The notes under the pieces: model-generated | The model's database searches: none | What the model was told of the DNA's origin: nothing | The model's input: only the letters and a program-made list of their open reading frames with translations | Shown here: positions 1 through 9,209 of the stretch, piece after piece | Layout of the letters: the number at the start of each line of letters is the position of its first letter | Position numbering within the stretch: the first letter of the stretch is position 1 | Source of the DNA: Deltaproteobacteria bacterium | GTDB taxonomy: Bacteria > Desulfobacterota > Binatia > Binatales > Binataceae | Length of the DNA stretch: 64,000 nt | Direction: 5' to 3' | Assembly (NCBI GenBank): GCA_021817345.1 | Contig: JAKAVC010000134.1 | Span: 4,311-68,310, forward strand | Program-made: the position numbers and the translations under genes

Positions 1-100
1 GTACGTGGCCAAGAATCGGCACCGTGTTGCGCCGCTCGACGATTCCCTGGACGAGCGAAAGGCTGTTCAGAAACGCTTCGCGATCGACGACTATTCCCAT
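1..100 (-). CDS. dnaN: DNA polymerase III beta clamp, 5' fragment (runs off the window)
   Basis: Not in the ORF track. The reverse strand from ATG at 100 reads MGIVVDREAFLNSLSLVQGIVERRNTVPILGHV, a typical DnaN N-terminus, and it lies directly downstream of dnaA. Confidence 0.93.
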   Translation of the reverse strand, partial: MGIVVDREAFLNSLSLVQGIVERRNTVPILGHV

Positions 101-331
101 GGATCTTCAGGTCCTGATTCTTCTTATGTTCTTTCCAATGAAGAAAAAACTTTAGCAGTAACCGTAGGGATTGTGGACGTGTTGACGATTGGCGCAACTC
201 TCCGGAAACAAACGGAAATCAGAGTTGGCAAGGGTGTGGCTTGGCGACCCCTTTAAAACCGCCAGCGCGCCACCTGCCAAAAGCCTGTTGATTGCGATGA
301 ACTTTTCCACAGAATCCCAACAAGGTTGTCG
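101..331. other. oriC, dnaA-dnaN intergenic part (unwinding region)
   Basis: AT-rich stretch at about 117-152, trinucleotide run TAG CAG TAA CCG TAG (153-167), then GGA and tandem degenerate DnaA boxes (171-188). Another box TTTTCCACA lies at 303-311. Confidence 0.75.
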
Positions 332-1726
332 TCAAGCCGCGTTGGCTCTTACCGACTTTAGTTCCCGCTCGATTTTCTCGATAGACATCCTGAACGCGGA
401 GTCATTGCTGACCCGGCGCGCGATCAGATTGTACGCGTGGATTACCGTCGAGTGATCGCGGCCGAAGTTCTCGCCGATAGTCGGAAAGGAACACTGGGTC
501 AGCTTGCGGCACAGGTACATCGCCACCTGCCGGCAGAATGCGATATGTTGAGTGCGCCGCTTCGATTTCAAATCCGCCAGCCGAATATGGAAGAAATCCG
601 CGACGGTGCGCTGGATCGCCTCGATGTCCGGCGTCACTTCGGCGGTATTGCGAATCAGGTCATGAAGCGCCTGCTTTGCGAACTCAAGGGTTATCTCGGA
701 CTTGTTCAACGAAGCCAGCGCCGCGAGCCGCGTCAGGCATCCCTCCAGCTCGCGCACGTTCGACGACACATTCTGCGCGATGTACATCAGAACGTCGGGC
801 GAGAGACGAAGATTCTCCCTGAGCGCCTTCTTCTGCACGATCGCGATCCTGGTCTCCAGGTCGGGTGGCGCGATATCCGCGATAAGCCCCGACTCAAACC
901 GGTTTCGCAGCCGTTCCTCGAGGCCGGGAATATCTTTTGGCACCTTGTCCGAGGTCAGCACGATCTGATGACGCTCGCCGTGCAGCGAGTTGAACGTGTG
1001 GAAGAATTCTTCCTGGGTTCGCTCGCGGCCGGCCAGAAACTGCACGTCGTCAAGGATCAGCGCGTCCACCCGCCGGAACTTTTCCTTGAACTCGCCCATC
1101 CGGTCGCGCCGGAGCGAGTTGATGAGTTCGTTCATGAAAACTTCCGACGGCATGAACAGCACCTTTCGCGCGCGATTTCCGCTCGCCCAGATGTGATGCC
1201 CGATCGCGGTGACGAGATGCGTCTTGCCGAGTCCGACACCGCCGTAGATGAACAGGGGGTTGTATTTTTCACCCGGCTGTCCCGCTACCGCCAGAGCCGC
1301 CGCGTGCGCAAACTGGTTGCCCGAACCGACCACGAATTCCGCGAACGTGTAGCGAGGATTTAGATGCGGATGGCAATCGCGCGAATCGCCGGCGCCGTTG
1401 CGCGCCGTCGGCGCGTTGGAAGCCGGCACCGCGTCCTCAGCCGCCCCATTGCTGTGCGCCGACGGGCGTTTAACCCTGGTCCGGGCTTCCTCGCCTAGCG
1501 TGAGCTTCACGTCGACCGGCTCGCCCGCGACTTCCGTCAGCGAATCCTTGAGCAGGCCCATGTAACGCTCACTCACCCAGTCACGGAAAAAACGGTTGGG
1601 TGCCTCTATTGTTACGGTGCCACTGCTGACACCGACAAAGTTGAGCGGCCCAATCCAGGTCTCAAAACCAATCTGACCCAACTGGTCGCGAATACGACCA
1701 GCGGCTCGTTCCCACAAGCCGTTCAT
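332..1726 (-). CDS. dnaA: chromosomal replication initiator DnaA
   Basis: Motifs YNPLFIYGGVGLGKTHL, ILDDVQFL, RLRNRFESGL and the domain IV signature GRDHSTVIHA. Start placed at ATG 1726 (MNGLW), with GAGGGG upstream. Confidence 0.98.
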   Translation of the reverse strand: MNGLWERAAGRIRDQLGQIGFETWIGPLNFVGVSSGTVTIEAPNRFFRDWVSERYMGLLKDSLTEVAGEPVDVKLTLGEEARTRVKRPSAHSNGAAEDAVPASNAPTARNGAGDSRDCHPHLNPRYTFAEFVVGSGNQFAHAAALAVAGQPGEKYNPLFIYGGVGLGKTHLVTAIGHHIWASGNRARKVLFMPSEVFMNELINSLRRDRMGEFKEKFRRVDALILDDVQFLAGRERTQEEFFHTFNSLHGERHQIVLTSDKVPKDIPGLEERLRNRFESGLIADIAPPDLETRIAIVQKKALRENLRLSPDVLMYIAQNVSSNVRELEGCLTRLAALASLNKSEITLEFAKQALHDLIRNTAEVTPDIEAIQRTVADFFHIRLADLKSKRRTQHIAFCRQVAMYLCRKLTQCSFPTIGENFGRDHSTVIHAYNLIARRVSNDSAFRMSIEKIERELKSVRANAA

Positions 1727-1789
1727 CTGGTAATCCCCTCCCGAATGCCGGACTGGTCCCCGATTGCCAGGATCAGAAAACGGCCCCAA

Positions 1790-1880
1790 TTACTCACAGG
1801 CTTGTCCACAGATGTGGATAAGCGACTTTTTCGTTGCCAGAATCGGTAGTTGCGATATCGCAAGCGGGCAGCTATCCACT
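1790..1880. promoter_or_regulatory. DnaA-box cluster upstream of dnaA (second oriC subregion or autoregulatory site)
   Basis: TTACTCACA 1790-1798, TTGTCCACA 1802-1810, perfect TGTGGATAA 1813-1821, and CTATCCACT 1872-1880. Confidence 0.8.
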
Positions 1881-2295
1881 CGGAGCTTCCCTCCATGGTC
1901 GTTGAGCGAGAAAAATTTCAGGATACTCGGCGCCGGTAAAATCGCGGCTTTCAAAGCCATCGAAAATGCTCCGCAGACCTTCCACGCAACGCGTTATCAG
2001 CGGCGAGACAAACTCTGCGGCCAAGGGAAGGTGATAAACTCTTTGCAAGTTCGTCTCAAGGGAGCGCAGTCTGATTTCATTCAAGTTCGCGAAATCGCTA
2101 AGGAAATCCGATCCGGATCTCGCGCGCTCCACCCGCTGACCGATCGCGATTTTTTACCATCGCGTTACGCGATCGTTCTCGTTGGCTCTGGAAGCCATCG
2201 CGCGCGATCGCGGGCGCCCGCGAATTTCCCGTGATCGCGTCGCGGTTTGACTGCGATCGGTTACGATGTTAGCGACGGCAGTCCATAGGCAAGCC

Positions 2296-3582
2296 ATGCT
2301 CAGCAACGACAAATCGCTCCAGCTCTCAAAACGCGCGTTGCGAAAAATTCCCGGCGGCGTTAACTCGCCCGTGCGCGCATGGTCGGCGGTCGGCGGCACT
2401 CCCATCTTCGTCGATTCCGCCTTCGGCGCGCGCCTCGTCGACGCCGATGGAAACGCTTTCATCGACTATGTCGGCTCCTACGGACCGGCGATCCTCGGCC
2501 ATGCCCATCCACAGGTCGTTGCGGCGATCGCCGAGCAGGCGCGGAAAGGCCTTGGTTACGGCGCGACCACCGAACTCGAAATCCAGCTTGCCGAGAAGCT
2601 CGGCGCCGCGATTGCCTCGGCCGAGAAGGTGCGCCTGGTGAGCTCCGGCACCGAGGCGGCGATGACCGCTATTCGGATCGCGCGCGCCGCCACCGGACGT
2701 TCCGCCATCATAAAATTCGATGGCTGCTACCATGGTCATAGCGACGGTCTGTTGGTTCGGGCCGGTTCGGGCGGCATGACGCTGGCGATCCCGAACAGCG
2801 CGGGTGTTCCGCAACCCCTTGCCGCGATGACCAGTGTCGCGAGATTCAATTCCCTTGAAAGCGTCGAGGGATGTTTCGAGGCCAATCCTGGAAGCGTCGC
2901 CGCGGTAATCATCGAGCCGGTCGCAGCGAACATGGGCGTGGTCGTCCCGATGCCGGGTTTTCTGAAGGAGCTTGCCGCGACCGCGCGCCGTCATGGCGCG
3001 ATGCTTATTTGCGACGAAGTAATAACCGGGTTTCGGCTTTGCTACGGCTCGATCGCGGAAAGCTACGGAATCACTCCCGACCTCCTCGTATTGGGCAAAG
3101 TGATCGGAGGCGGGATGCCGATAGGGGCCGTCGCGGGACGCGCGGATCTTCTCGACCTGCTCGCTCCGGCAGGACCGGTTTATCAGGCTGGAACACTGTC
3201 CGGCAGTCCGCTTTCCGTGCGTGCCGGATTGGAAACATTATCTCTGCTTTCGCAGCCCGGGACCTACGAGCGCCTGGAGGCGATGGGCGCGCGTCTGGCG
3301 CATGGGCTTACCGATGCGCTGGTGCGCTCAGACAAATCCGGATGTGTGAACCGGGTCGGCTCGCTGGTGACGCTGTTCCTCGGCGTAAACAATGTTTCCG
3401 ATGCCGACGACGCGCGCCGTGGCGACAGTGAGGCCTTCGCCGCCTACTTCCATCAAATGCTCCAGCGTGGAATATATCTTCCACCGTCGCAGTTCGAGGC
3501 CATGTTCGTATCGCTAGCGCACTCGGAGGCGGATATCGACCAGACCGTCGAGGCGGCGCGTGAGGCGCTCGCCGCAGCCTGA
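2296..3582 (+). CDS. hemL: glutamate-1-semialdehyde 2,1-aminomutase
   Basis: Motifs IPGGVNSPVRA, FDGCYHGHSD, DEVITGFR, LGKVIGGGMP and YQAGTLSG. Confidence 0.97.
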   Translation: MLSNDKSLQLSKRALRKIPGGVNSPVRAWSAVGGTPIFVDSAFGARLVDADGNAFIDYVGSYGPAILGHAHPQVVAAIAEQARKGLGYGATTELEIQLAEKLGAAIASAEKVRLVSSGTEAAMTAIRIARAATGRSAIIKFDGCYHGHSDGLLVRAGSGGMTLAIPNSAGVPQPLAAMTSVARFNSLESVEGCFEANPGSVAAVIIEPVAANMGVVVPMPGFLKELAATARRHGAMLICDEVITGFRLCYGSIAESYGITPDLLVLGKVIGGGMPIGAVAGRADLLDLLAPAGPVYQAGTLSGSPLSVRAGLETLSLLSQPGTYERLEAMGARLAHGLTDALVRSDKSGCVNRVGSLVTLFLGVNNVSDADDARRGDSEAFAAYFHQMLQRGIYLPPSQFEAMFVSLAHSEADIDQTVEAAREALAAA

Positions 3583-3605
3583 AGGCTGAAGGAGATTCGG
3601 TCGCG

Positions 3606-3815
3606 ATGGGGTCGCAACGCGGCACCTGGGCTCGCTGGTTGGCCGTCGCGGTGGACATGGCGATGATGCCGGCGGCAGGCGCGCTGCTCGGTCATTACGT
3701 CGACCAGCACTTCGGCACCGACCCGATCCTCACCCTGACCTTTTGCCTTCTCGGAGTGGTCGCCGGATTCGTCGAGTTGATACGAACCGCCAAGGACATG
3801 CAGCAAGACTCGTAG
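3606..3815 (+). CDS. AtpZ/AtpI-family small membrane protein of the ATP synthase operon
   Basis: 69 aa with two hydrophobic helices and a G-x-x-x-D-x-x-F-G-T-x-P pattern; first gene of the Fo cluster. Confidence 0.8.
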   Translation: MGSQRGTWARWLAVAVDMAMMPAAGALLGHYVDQHFGTDPILTLTFCLLGVVAGFVELIRTAKDMQQDS

Positions 3816-4220
3816 ATGACTCTCTCGTTCGGAATCCCGAGTATTGGCGCGATCCAGCGCACCAATGCCGTTGTGGCCGCCGCGTCGGCCGCCGTCCTTG
3901 CGGCTGCCGGAATGCGCGATATTGCGTTCGGATGCGTTCTGGGCGGCGCGATCGTAATCCTGAATCTCTATCTGCTGACGATCCTTGGCAGGATGCTTAT
4001 CGCGGCGGCCGGTGCGAGCGGCGGTTCCCACTCAAGAGCCGGCGTCCTGGTGCTCCCGCTCAAGCTTCTGATTTACGCGGGGCTGATCTACCTGGCGCTG
4101 CGTTGGGCGAAGGTCGAGCCGGCGCGTTTCGGGATCGGCTTCGGACTGGGCGTATTGACTCAGTTCCTTGCGATAGTTATTGAGACGGGTCGAGCTTCGC
4201 TCCGCGGCGCCGTCAATTAA
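3816..4220 (+). CDS. atpI: ATP synthase accessory membrane protein I
   Basis: 134 aa with about four transmembrane segments, immediately upstream of atpB. Confidence 0.75.
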   Translation: MTLSFGIPSIGAIQRTNAVVAAASAAVLAAAGMRDIAFGCVLGGAIVILNLYLLTILGRMLIAAAGASGGSHSRAGVLVLPLKLLIYAGLIYLALRWAKVEPARFGIGFGLGVLTQFLAIVIETGRASLRGAVN

Positions 4221-4244
4221 GGCGCCCGTCTTCCGGAGGACGGT

Positions 4245-4937
4245 TTGCAGGCGAACATTAATTTCCTCGAGATGATCGGGGACGGAAAAATCCCCGAGGT
4301 CTTGGTCGGCACGTGGCTCGTGATGGGCATCCTGCTCGTGTTCGGCTTTTTTGCCGGGCGCGCCCTGAAGCGGGCCGGTGAAAACGTTGTTCCGCAGGAG
4401 AAGATTGGCGCGGGCTCGCTCGCCGAGGTTTTCGTCGAATGGATGGACGGTTTTACCAACGACGTCGTGCAGTTGCACGAATACCGCAAGCTGGTGCCGT
4501 TCTTCGGAAGCCTGTTCGTTTTCATCCTGGCGGCGAACTTCCTCGGCCTGATACCGGGGATGGAACCGCCCACGGCCGACTCTGATCTGACCTTCGCGCT
4601 GGGTACGATCAGCTTTTTTTATTTTCTGTTCTGGGGTTTTCGAAAGAACGGATTCGGTTATCTGGCGAGTTTTCTCGGGCCCCTGCCGCTGCTCGCGCCC
4701 CTGATGCTGCCGATCGAGATTGCGGACAATGTCTTCCGGCCGTTCTCGCTCGGGCTTCGTCTTTTCGCGAACATGTTCGCCGACCATCAGGTGCTGAGCA
4801 TCTTCACCGGGCTCACGAAACTGATAGTACCGCTTCTTTTCTATGCGCTCGGAACCATCGTCTGCATAATCCAGGCGATCATTTTCGTGGTGCTCTCGAT
4901 GGCTTACGTGCGGCTCGCGGCGAGCCACGAGCACTAG
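4245..4937 (+). CDS. atpB: F0F1 ATP synthase subunit a
   Basis: Motifs ANFLGLIPG, RPFSLGLRLFANMFADH and IQAIIFVVLSMAY; TTG start. Confidence 0.96.
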   Translation: MQANINFLEMIGDGKIPEVLVGTWLVMGILLVFGFFAGRALKRAGENVVPQEKIGAGSLAEVFVEWMDGFTNDVVQLHEYRKLVPFFGSLFVFILAANFLGLIPGMEPPTADSDLTFALGTISFFYFLFWGFRKNGFGYLASFLGPLPLLAPLMLPIEIADNVFRPFSLGLRLFANMFADHQVLSIFTGLTKLIVPLLFYALGTIVCIIQAIIFVVLSMAYVRLAASHEH

Positions 4938-4982
4938 CAGGATGTCCCGCAGATAAGTTGTTGAGATGTCGCTCGGTGGGAT

Positions 4983-5066
4983 GAGATTCTTCGCTTCGCT
5001 CAGAATGACAGGTGCGCAGGCTGTTGTGGGTCATTCTGAGCGAAGGCTGCCGAAGCGAAGAATCTC
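4983..5066. repeat. REP-like inverted-repeat element
   Basis: GAGATTCTTCGCTTCGCTCAGAATGAC (4983-5009) pairs with GTCATTCTGAGCGAAG[GCTGCCGAAG]CGAAGAATCTC (5030-5066). Confidence 0.85.
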
Positions 5067-5261
5067 ATGCCACTGGCGTCCGCTATAAAATTATTAATGG
5101 GACGCCACACCAGGCCATCGGAGAGTCGATCGAGCCGGGTATTTAACCAGGTTATATTCGCGCGCAAGCCAATCTTCGCCGAGGCGCCGGCGGTGAAAGA
5201 GGATAGAGGCGAGGGCTTGGGCTGGATTAGGACGCGCGCGGGAAAACGAGGAGGAACTTCA

Positions 5262-5606
5262 ATGATTCGTCGTCTTTCAACCATCCTGAGCGCGGCTACC
5301 GCGCTCGTGCTCGCCTCGCCCCTGCTTGCGATGGCGCAGGAGGCGGCCGGCGCCGCCGCAGCGGGCCATCCGAGCGCGCTGCGCGCCGGGCTTATCGCGC
5401 TTGCGGCCAATATCGGCATCGGTGTGGCGGCTGCGGGATGCGGTCTTGGCCAGGGCAAGCTCGGCGCTTCGGCGATGGAGTCGATCGGGCGCAACCCGAA
5501 CAGCGCGGGCCGTATCTTCGTTCCGATGATCGTCGGGCTTGCGTTTATCGAAGCGCTGACCCTGTACAGCCTTGTCATGGCTTTCGTTCTTCAGGCCAAG
5601 ATGTAA
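5262..5606 (+). CDS. atpE: F0F1 ATP synthase subunit c, with N-terminal extension
   Basis: GxGxGxG-type helix, GRNP loop and the ion-binding Glu in FIEALTLY. RBS GAGGAGG precedes ATG 5262. Confidence 0.95.
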   Translation: MIRRLSTILSAATALVLASPLLAMAQEAAGAAAAGHPSALRAGLIALAANIGIGVAAAGCGLGQGKLGASAMESIGRNPNSAGRIFVPMIVGLAFIEALTLYSLVMAFVLQAKM

Positions 5607-5636
5607 GCATCCGATTTTGAAACCGCCTTCAATGGC

Positions 5637-5674
5637 AAACGGGGCTTCGATTGCGAAGCCCCGTTTTTTCTTTT
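5637..5674 (+). terminator. intrinsic terminator after atpE
   Basis: Hairpin AAACGGGGCTTCG-ATTG-CGAAGCCCCGTTT followed by a T-rich tract. Confidence 0.88.
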
Positions 5675-5721
5675 GCCGCGTTGCGGAAACGCCACATCCC
5701 AAGCAGCGCCGCGAGCAGCGG

Positions 5722-6507
5722 TCATTCGTAACGTTTCGTTCCCTTGAGAACGTCGAATGCGCCACGCTTGCGGTCGCGTCTGAGCAGGACGTACATCGCG
5801 CCCATGCCGCCGTCGGAGGGACGCGCGGTGGTGAAGGCGAGCACGTGTCCGCCGATCGTGCCGTGTGAGAGCCAATGCGCCGTCGCATGTTTGAGCACCG
5901 GATGGCCGCCCGGAGATCGCAGCCCGCGCCCGTGAACCACAAGCACTGAACGCAGCCCGCTTCTCACACTTTCCACGATAAATGAGCTGAGCGCCTCGCG
6001 CGCGGCCGCCTGAGTCATCCCATGAAGGTCAAGATGAGCCTGCGTTGCAAATTCGCCGCGTCTTAGCCTGGTCACCAGTCGGGGATCGATTCCGACGCGC
6101 GCGCCTTCGACGTATTCGTCGGTCTCCGTGAGGTCGAACCCTCCGTGGCCCGAAACCAGATCGTAGAGCGCCGCAAGGACCTCCGAGTCCTCGCTGACCA
6201 CCGCGCGCCCCACTTCGGGTTTGACCGGCACGCGACCGCCGCCTTCGAGCGGTCTAACCCCGCGATAGGCTTCGAGCAGCGCGGCCTCGTCGTCGAGCGG
6301 AGTTTGGACGGGAGTTGCGGCGGGCCGGTCGTCACGCGGGGGAAGTTTCGCCGTTATTTCGACTTTCGGCTCGGGAGGGTTCAGGCTGGCGCGCTCGGCG
6401 AGCATCTTTTTCAGGTCCTTGAACGGCGATGAAAAAGCGCCTTTGGGCTCGGCGGCGGACTGCCGCTTTCCGCGCGTGATGCCGGCGTTCTTCTTTTTCC
6501 TGCGCAT
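5722..6507 (-). CDS. Smr-domain protein (SmrA/SmrB-like endonuclease)
   Basis: Motifs RLRRGEF..QAHLDLHG, VVHGRGLRS and DGGMGAMYVLL. Confidence 0.88.
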   Translation of the reverse strand: MRRKKKNAGITRGKRQSAAEPKGAFSSPFKDLKKMLAERASLNPPEPKVEITAKLPPRDDRPAATPVQTPLDDEAALLEAYRGVRPLEGGGRVPVKPEVGRAVVSEDSEVLAALYDLVSGHGGFDLTETDEYVEGARVGIDPRLVTRLRRGEFATQAHLDLHGMTQAAAREALSSFIVESVRSGLRSVLVVHGRGLRSPGGHPVLKHATAHWLSHGTIGGHVLAFTTARPSDGGMGAMYVLLRRDRKRGAFDVLKGTKRYE

Positions 6508-6643
6508 GTGAAAGAACCCTGTAACCGCGATAGCGTGAGCGCGGCATTATTGTAGCTGAAACCATGTGCGATTAGCTCTGTTCTCGGTTATACTGCACAG
6601 ATAATTCCTGCCGAGAGCGCAGCCGCTCCCCCCGGGTCTCATC

Positions 6644-9175
6644 ATGCGCAAAGTTCTACTGATCGTCGGCGTACTGCTCTTGGTCCTGATACTGGCCATT
6701 GGCGGATTGCTGTTTTACGCCGCGACCAACCTGAACTCGATTATCGCGCAGAACCGCGACTACCTGCTCGGCAAGGTCAGCGATTCGCTCGGGCGCAAGG
6801 TCGAGGTTGCCACGATCAAGGTGAAGCTCGGATGGGGTGTCGCGGCCGACTTGAAGGACGTCACGATCGCCGACGACCCCGCGATCTCAACGCAGCCCTT
6901 TGTAAAGGCGCGTGACGTTTACGCAGACGTCGAATTTCTGCCGCTGCTCTCGAAAGCGCTTCACATCAGCAAGGTTGTACTCGCGCAGCCGCAGGTCCGA
7001 ATCATCCGGACCGCCTCGGGCGAGCTTAATATCTCGACGATCGGCAAGCATGATAACCCGGCCGGGCCGGGCACTCCCGCCGCTTCTCCAGGCAATGCGG
7101 CGAAACCCCGGCGGAAACCGGTGAAACCGCTCCAGGGCGCGCCGGTTACCGCGGCAAAACCACCGGCTTCGTCAGCGGCTTCCTCGCTCGTAACCGGCAT
7201 CTACGTGAGAAGCTTCGAGATCGACAACGGCCGGATCACATACGAGGACCAATCAACCCGTCAGCCGCCGCTCACGATAAATGACGTCGATCTGACGATG
7301 ACCGATTTTGCCTTCCGGCGTCCGTTCCACCTTCGGCTCGGGCTTGCGGCTTTCGGCCAGAAACAGAACCTGAGCCTTCGGGCTATCGTGGGACCGCTCG
7401 GCGAGGGCAAGATCGATTTCGCCAACGTCCCGCTTCAGCTCATAGGAAAGGTGGGGCCGCTGCTGCTTTCCGACCTGAAGGGTATCGGACCGATTGGCCA
7501 GAAGATTCCCGCCAAGCTCGCGCTCTCCGGGCCGGTCACACTCGATTTGAGCGCGAAAGGGTCGCTTAATGCACTCGGCTTCAGCGCCGGAAGCGATCTC
7601 GGGGCGAATCAGCTCGGATGGGGCGATGTCTTCAAGAAGCCTGCCGGCGTTCCGTTCGCGGTTGCGCTCGACGGCTCGCGCCAGGCGGGAAAGCTTGCGA
7701 TTTCGCAAGCGACGATTAAGCTCGGCTCACTCGACGCCAAGGCGACCCGCGTTCAACTCGGCCAGGGCGGCGCGATGAGCGCGCGGATCGACACGAATCG
7801 CTTCGCGCTCGCCCCGCTTGCGAAAATGGTTCCGGCGCTCGATAAATACGGACCAGCCGGCGACGCCCAGATCCATGCCGACGTGGCGATGGCCGCGGGA
7901 AAGCCGTCTGGCAAAGGCACCGTCACGCTGGCGAACGTCTCGGTGACCCGTTTGGGCGATAGCAAGCCGATGGTGAGCGGGCTTTCCGGCGATATTCGGC
8001 TCAACGGCAACGCGGCCGACGTTGGACCGCTCACATTCTCGCTTGGTTCCACCCGCGCGACCGCTACGGTCCACGCGAACTCGTTACAGCCGCTTAACGC
8101 CGCCTACAGTCTCAGCGCAGATTCAGTTCATCTGGCGGACCTGGTTCCCAAGCGCCCCACCGACGAGCACCTGAACAAGCTCTCGGTCGCGGGTACGGTC
8201 GCGTCGGCGAGCGGCGGCGCGTATTCCGTCACCGCCAAGGTGACATCCAGCGATGGTCTGGTGCAGAACGTCGCCTACCAGTCGCTCGACGTCACCGCCG
8301 CGATGGTGAACAAGACACTCGACTTGAAGTCGCTCAAGCTCGGCGTCTTCGGAGGCCGGATTGCCGCAAGCGGCCAGGCAACCCTGGCTTCCAAGCCGAG
8401 TTTCAACCTGACGATGAACGCCGACTCGGTGAACCTGCAGAAGCTGCTTGAATCGCGGAAGTCCAAGGCTGCCGGCATGGTGCGGGGAATCCTGACCGCG
8501 CAGGCCAAGGTCTCAGGCGCTGGTTCGAGTTTCAACGAGATCAAACCCACGCTTGACGGCTCGGGTGCCGCACACGTCAAGGACGGGAAGCTGATCGGCG
8601 TGAACGTGGCGGCCGACGCGCTCGGGAAGGTCCAGAACCTGCCGGCGATCGGCGCTCTGATTCCCGCTTCGATCGTCCAGCGCCATCCCGAACTGTTCAA
8701 GAATCCTAACACCGACATCCAGGACATGAGCCTGACATTCACGCTCGAGGGACCGCGAATCACCACGCACGACCTGCTCGTAAAGACGCAGGATTACTCG
8801 CTCAAGGGCGACGGATGGTTCGATCTGGACAAGAACGTCAATCTCCTAGCGCATATCCTTCTGAGCAAGCCATTCAGCAACGAGATAATCGCGGCAAAGA
8901 AGAACGTCGCCTACCTGGCGAACAATCAGGGCGAGATCGATGTACCGCTCCAGATAACCGGGGCGCTGCCCAAGCCGACGGTGCTTCCGGATGTCACGGA
9001 ACTGGCTCAGCGCGCCGGGAAGCGAGCGGTCGAGCAGAAGGGAACCCAGGCGGTCGAGAAATTCCTCGGCAAGAAAGGACTGGGTGGCATCCTGGGCGGT
9101 CCGTCGGGCGGTGCTGCGACTCCCGGCGCGAGTCCGACGCCAAATCCGGTTGAGCAGTTCCGAAAACTATTCTGA
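6644..9175 (+). CDS. AsmA-family envelope protein
   Basis: 843 aa with an N-terminal membrane anchor, a beta-rich body and an AsmA-like C-terminus (VPLQITGALPKP). Confidence 0.8.
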   Translation: MRKVLLIVGVLLLVLILAIGGLLFYAATNLNSIIAQNRDYLLGKVSDSLGRKVEVATIKVKLGWGVAADLKDVTIADDPAISTQPFVKARDVYADVEFLPLLSKALHISKVVLAQPQVRIIRTASGELNISTIGKHDNPAGPGTPAASPGNAAKPRRKPVKPLQGAPVTAAKPPASSAASSLVTGIYVRSFEIDNGRITYEDQSTRQPPLTINDVDLTMTDFAFRRPFHLRLGLAAFGQKQNLSLRAIVGPLGEGKIDFANVPLQLIGKVGPLLLSDLKGIGPIGQKIPAKLALSGPVTLDLSAKGSLNALGFSAGSDLGANQLGWGDVFKKPAGVPFAVALDGSRQAGKLAISQATIKLGSLDAKATRVQLGQGGAMSARIDTNRFALAPLAKMVPALDKYGPAGDAQIHADVAMAAGKPSGKGTVTLANVSVTRLGDSKPMVSGLSGDIRLNGNAADVGPLTFSLGSTRATATVHANSLQPLNAAYSLSADSVHLADLVPKRPTDEHLNKLSVAGTVASASGGAYSVTAKVTSSDGLVQNVAYQSLDVTAAMVNKTLDLKSLKLGVFGGRIAASGQATLASKPSFNLTMNADSVNLQKLLESRKSKAAGMVRGILTAQAKVSGAGSSFNEIKPTLDGSGAAHVKDGKLIGVNVAADALGKVQNLPAIGALIPASIVQRHPELFKNPNTDIQDMSLTFTLEGPRITTHDLLVKTQDYSLKGDGWFDLDKNVNLLAHILLSKPFSNEIIAAKKNVAYLANNQGEIDVPLQITGALPKPTVLPDVTELAQRAGKRAVEQKGTQAVEKFLGKKGLGGILGGPSGGAATPGASPTPNPVEQFRKLF

Positions 9176-9209
9176 GACCCGCCTGCGGGTGCTGAGAATC
9201 CCTCGCGCG

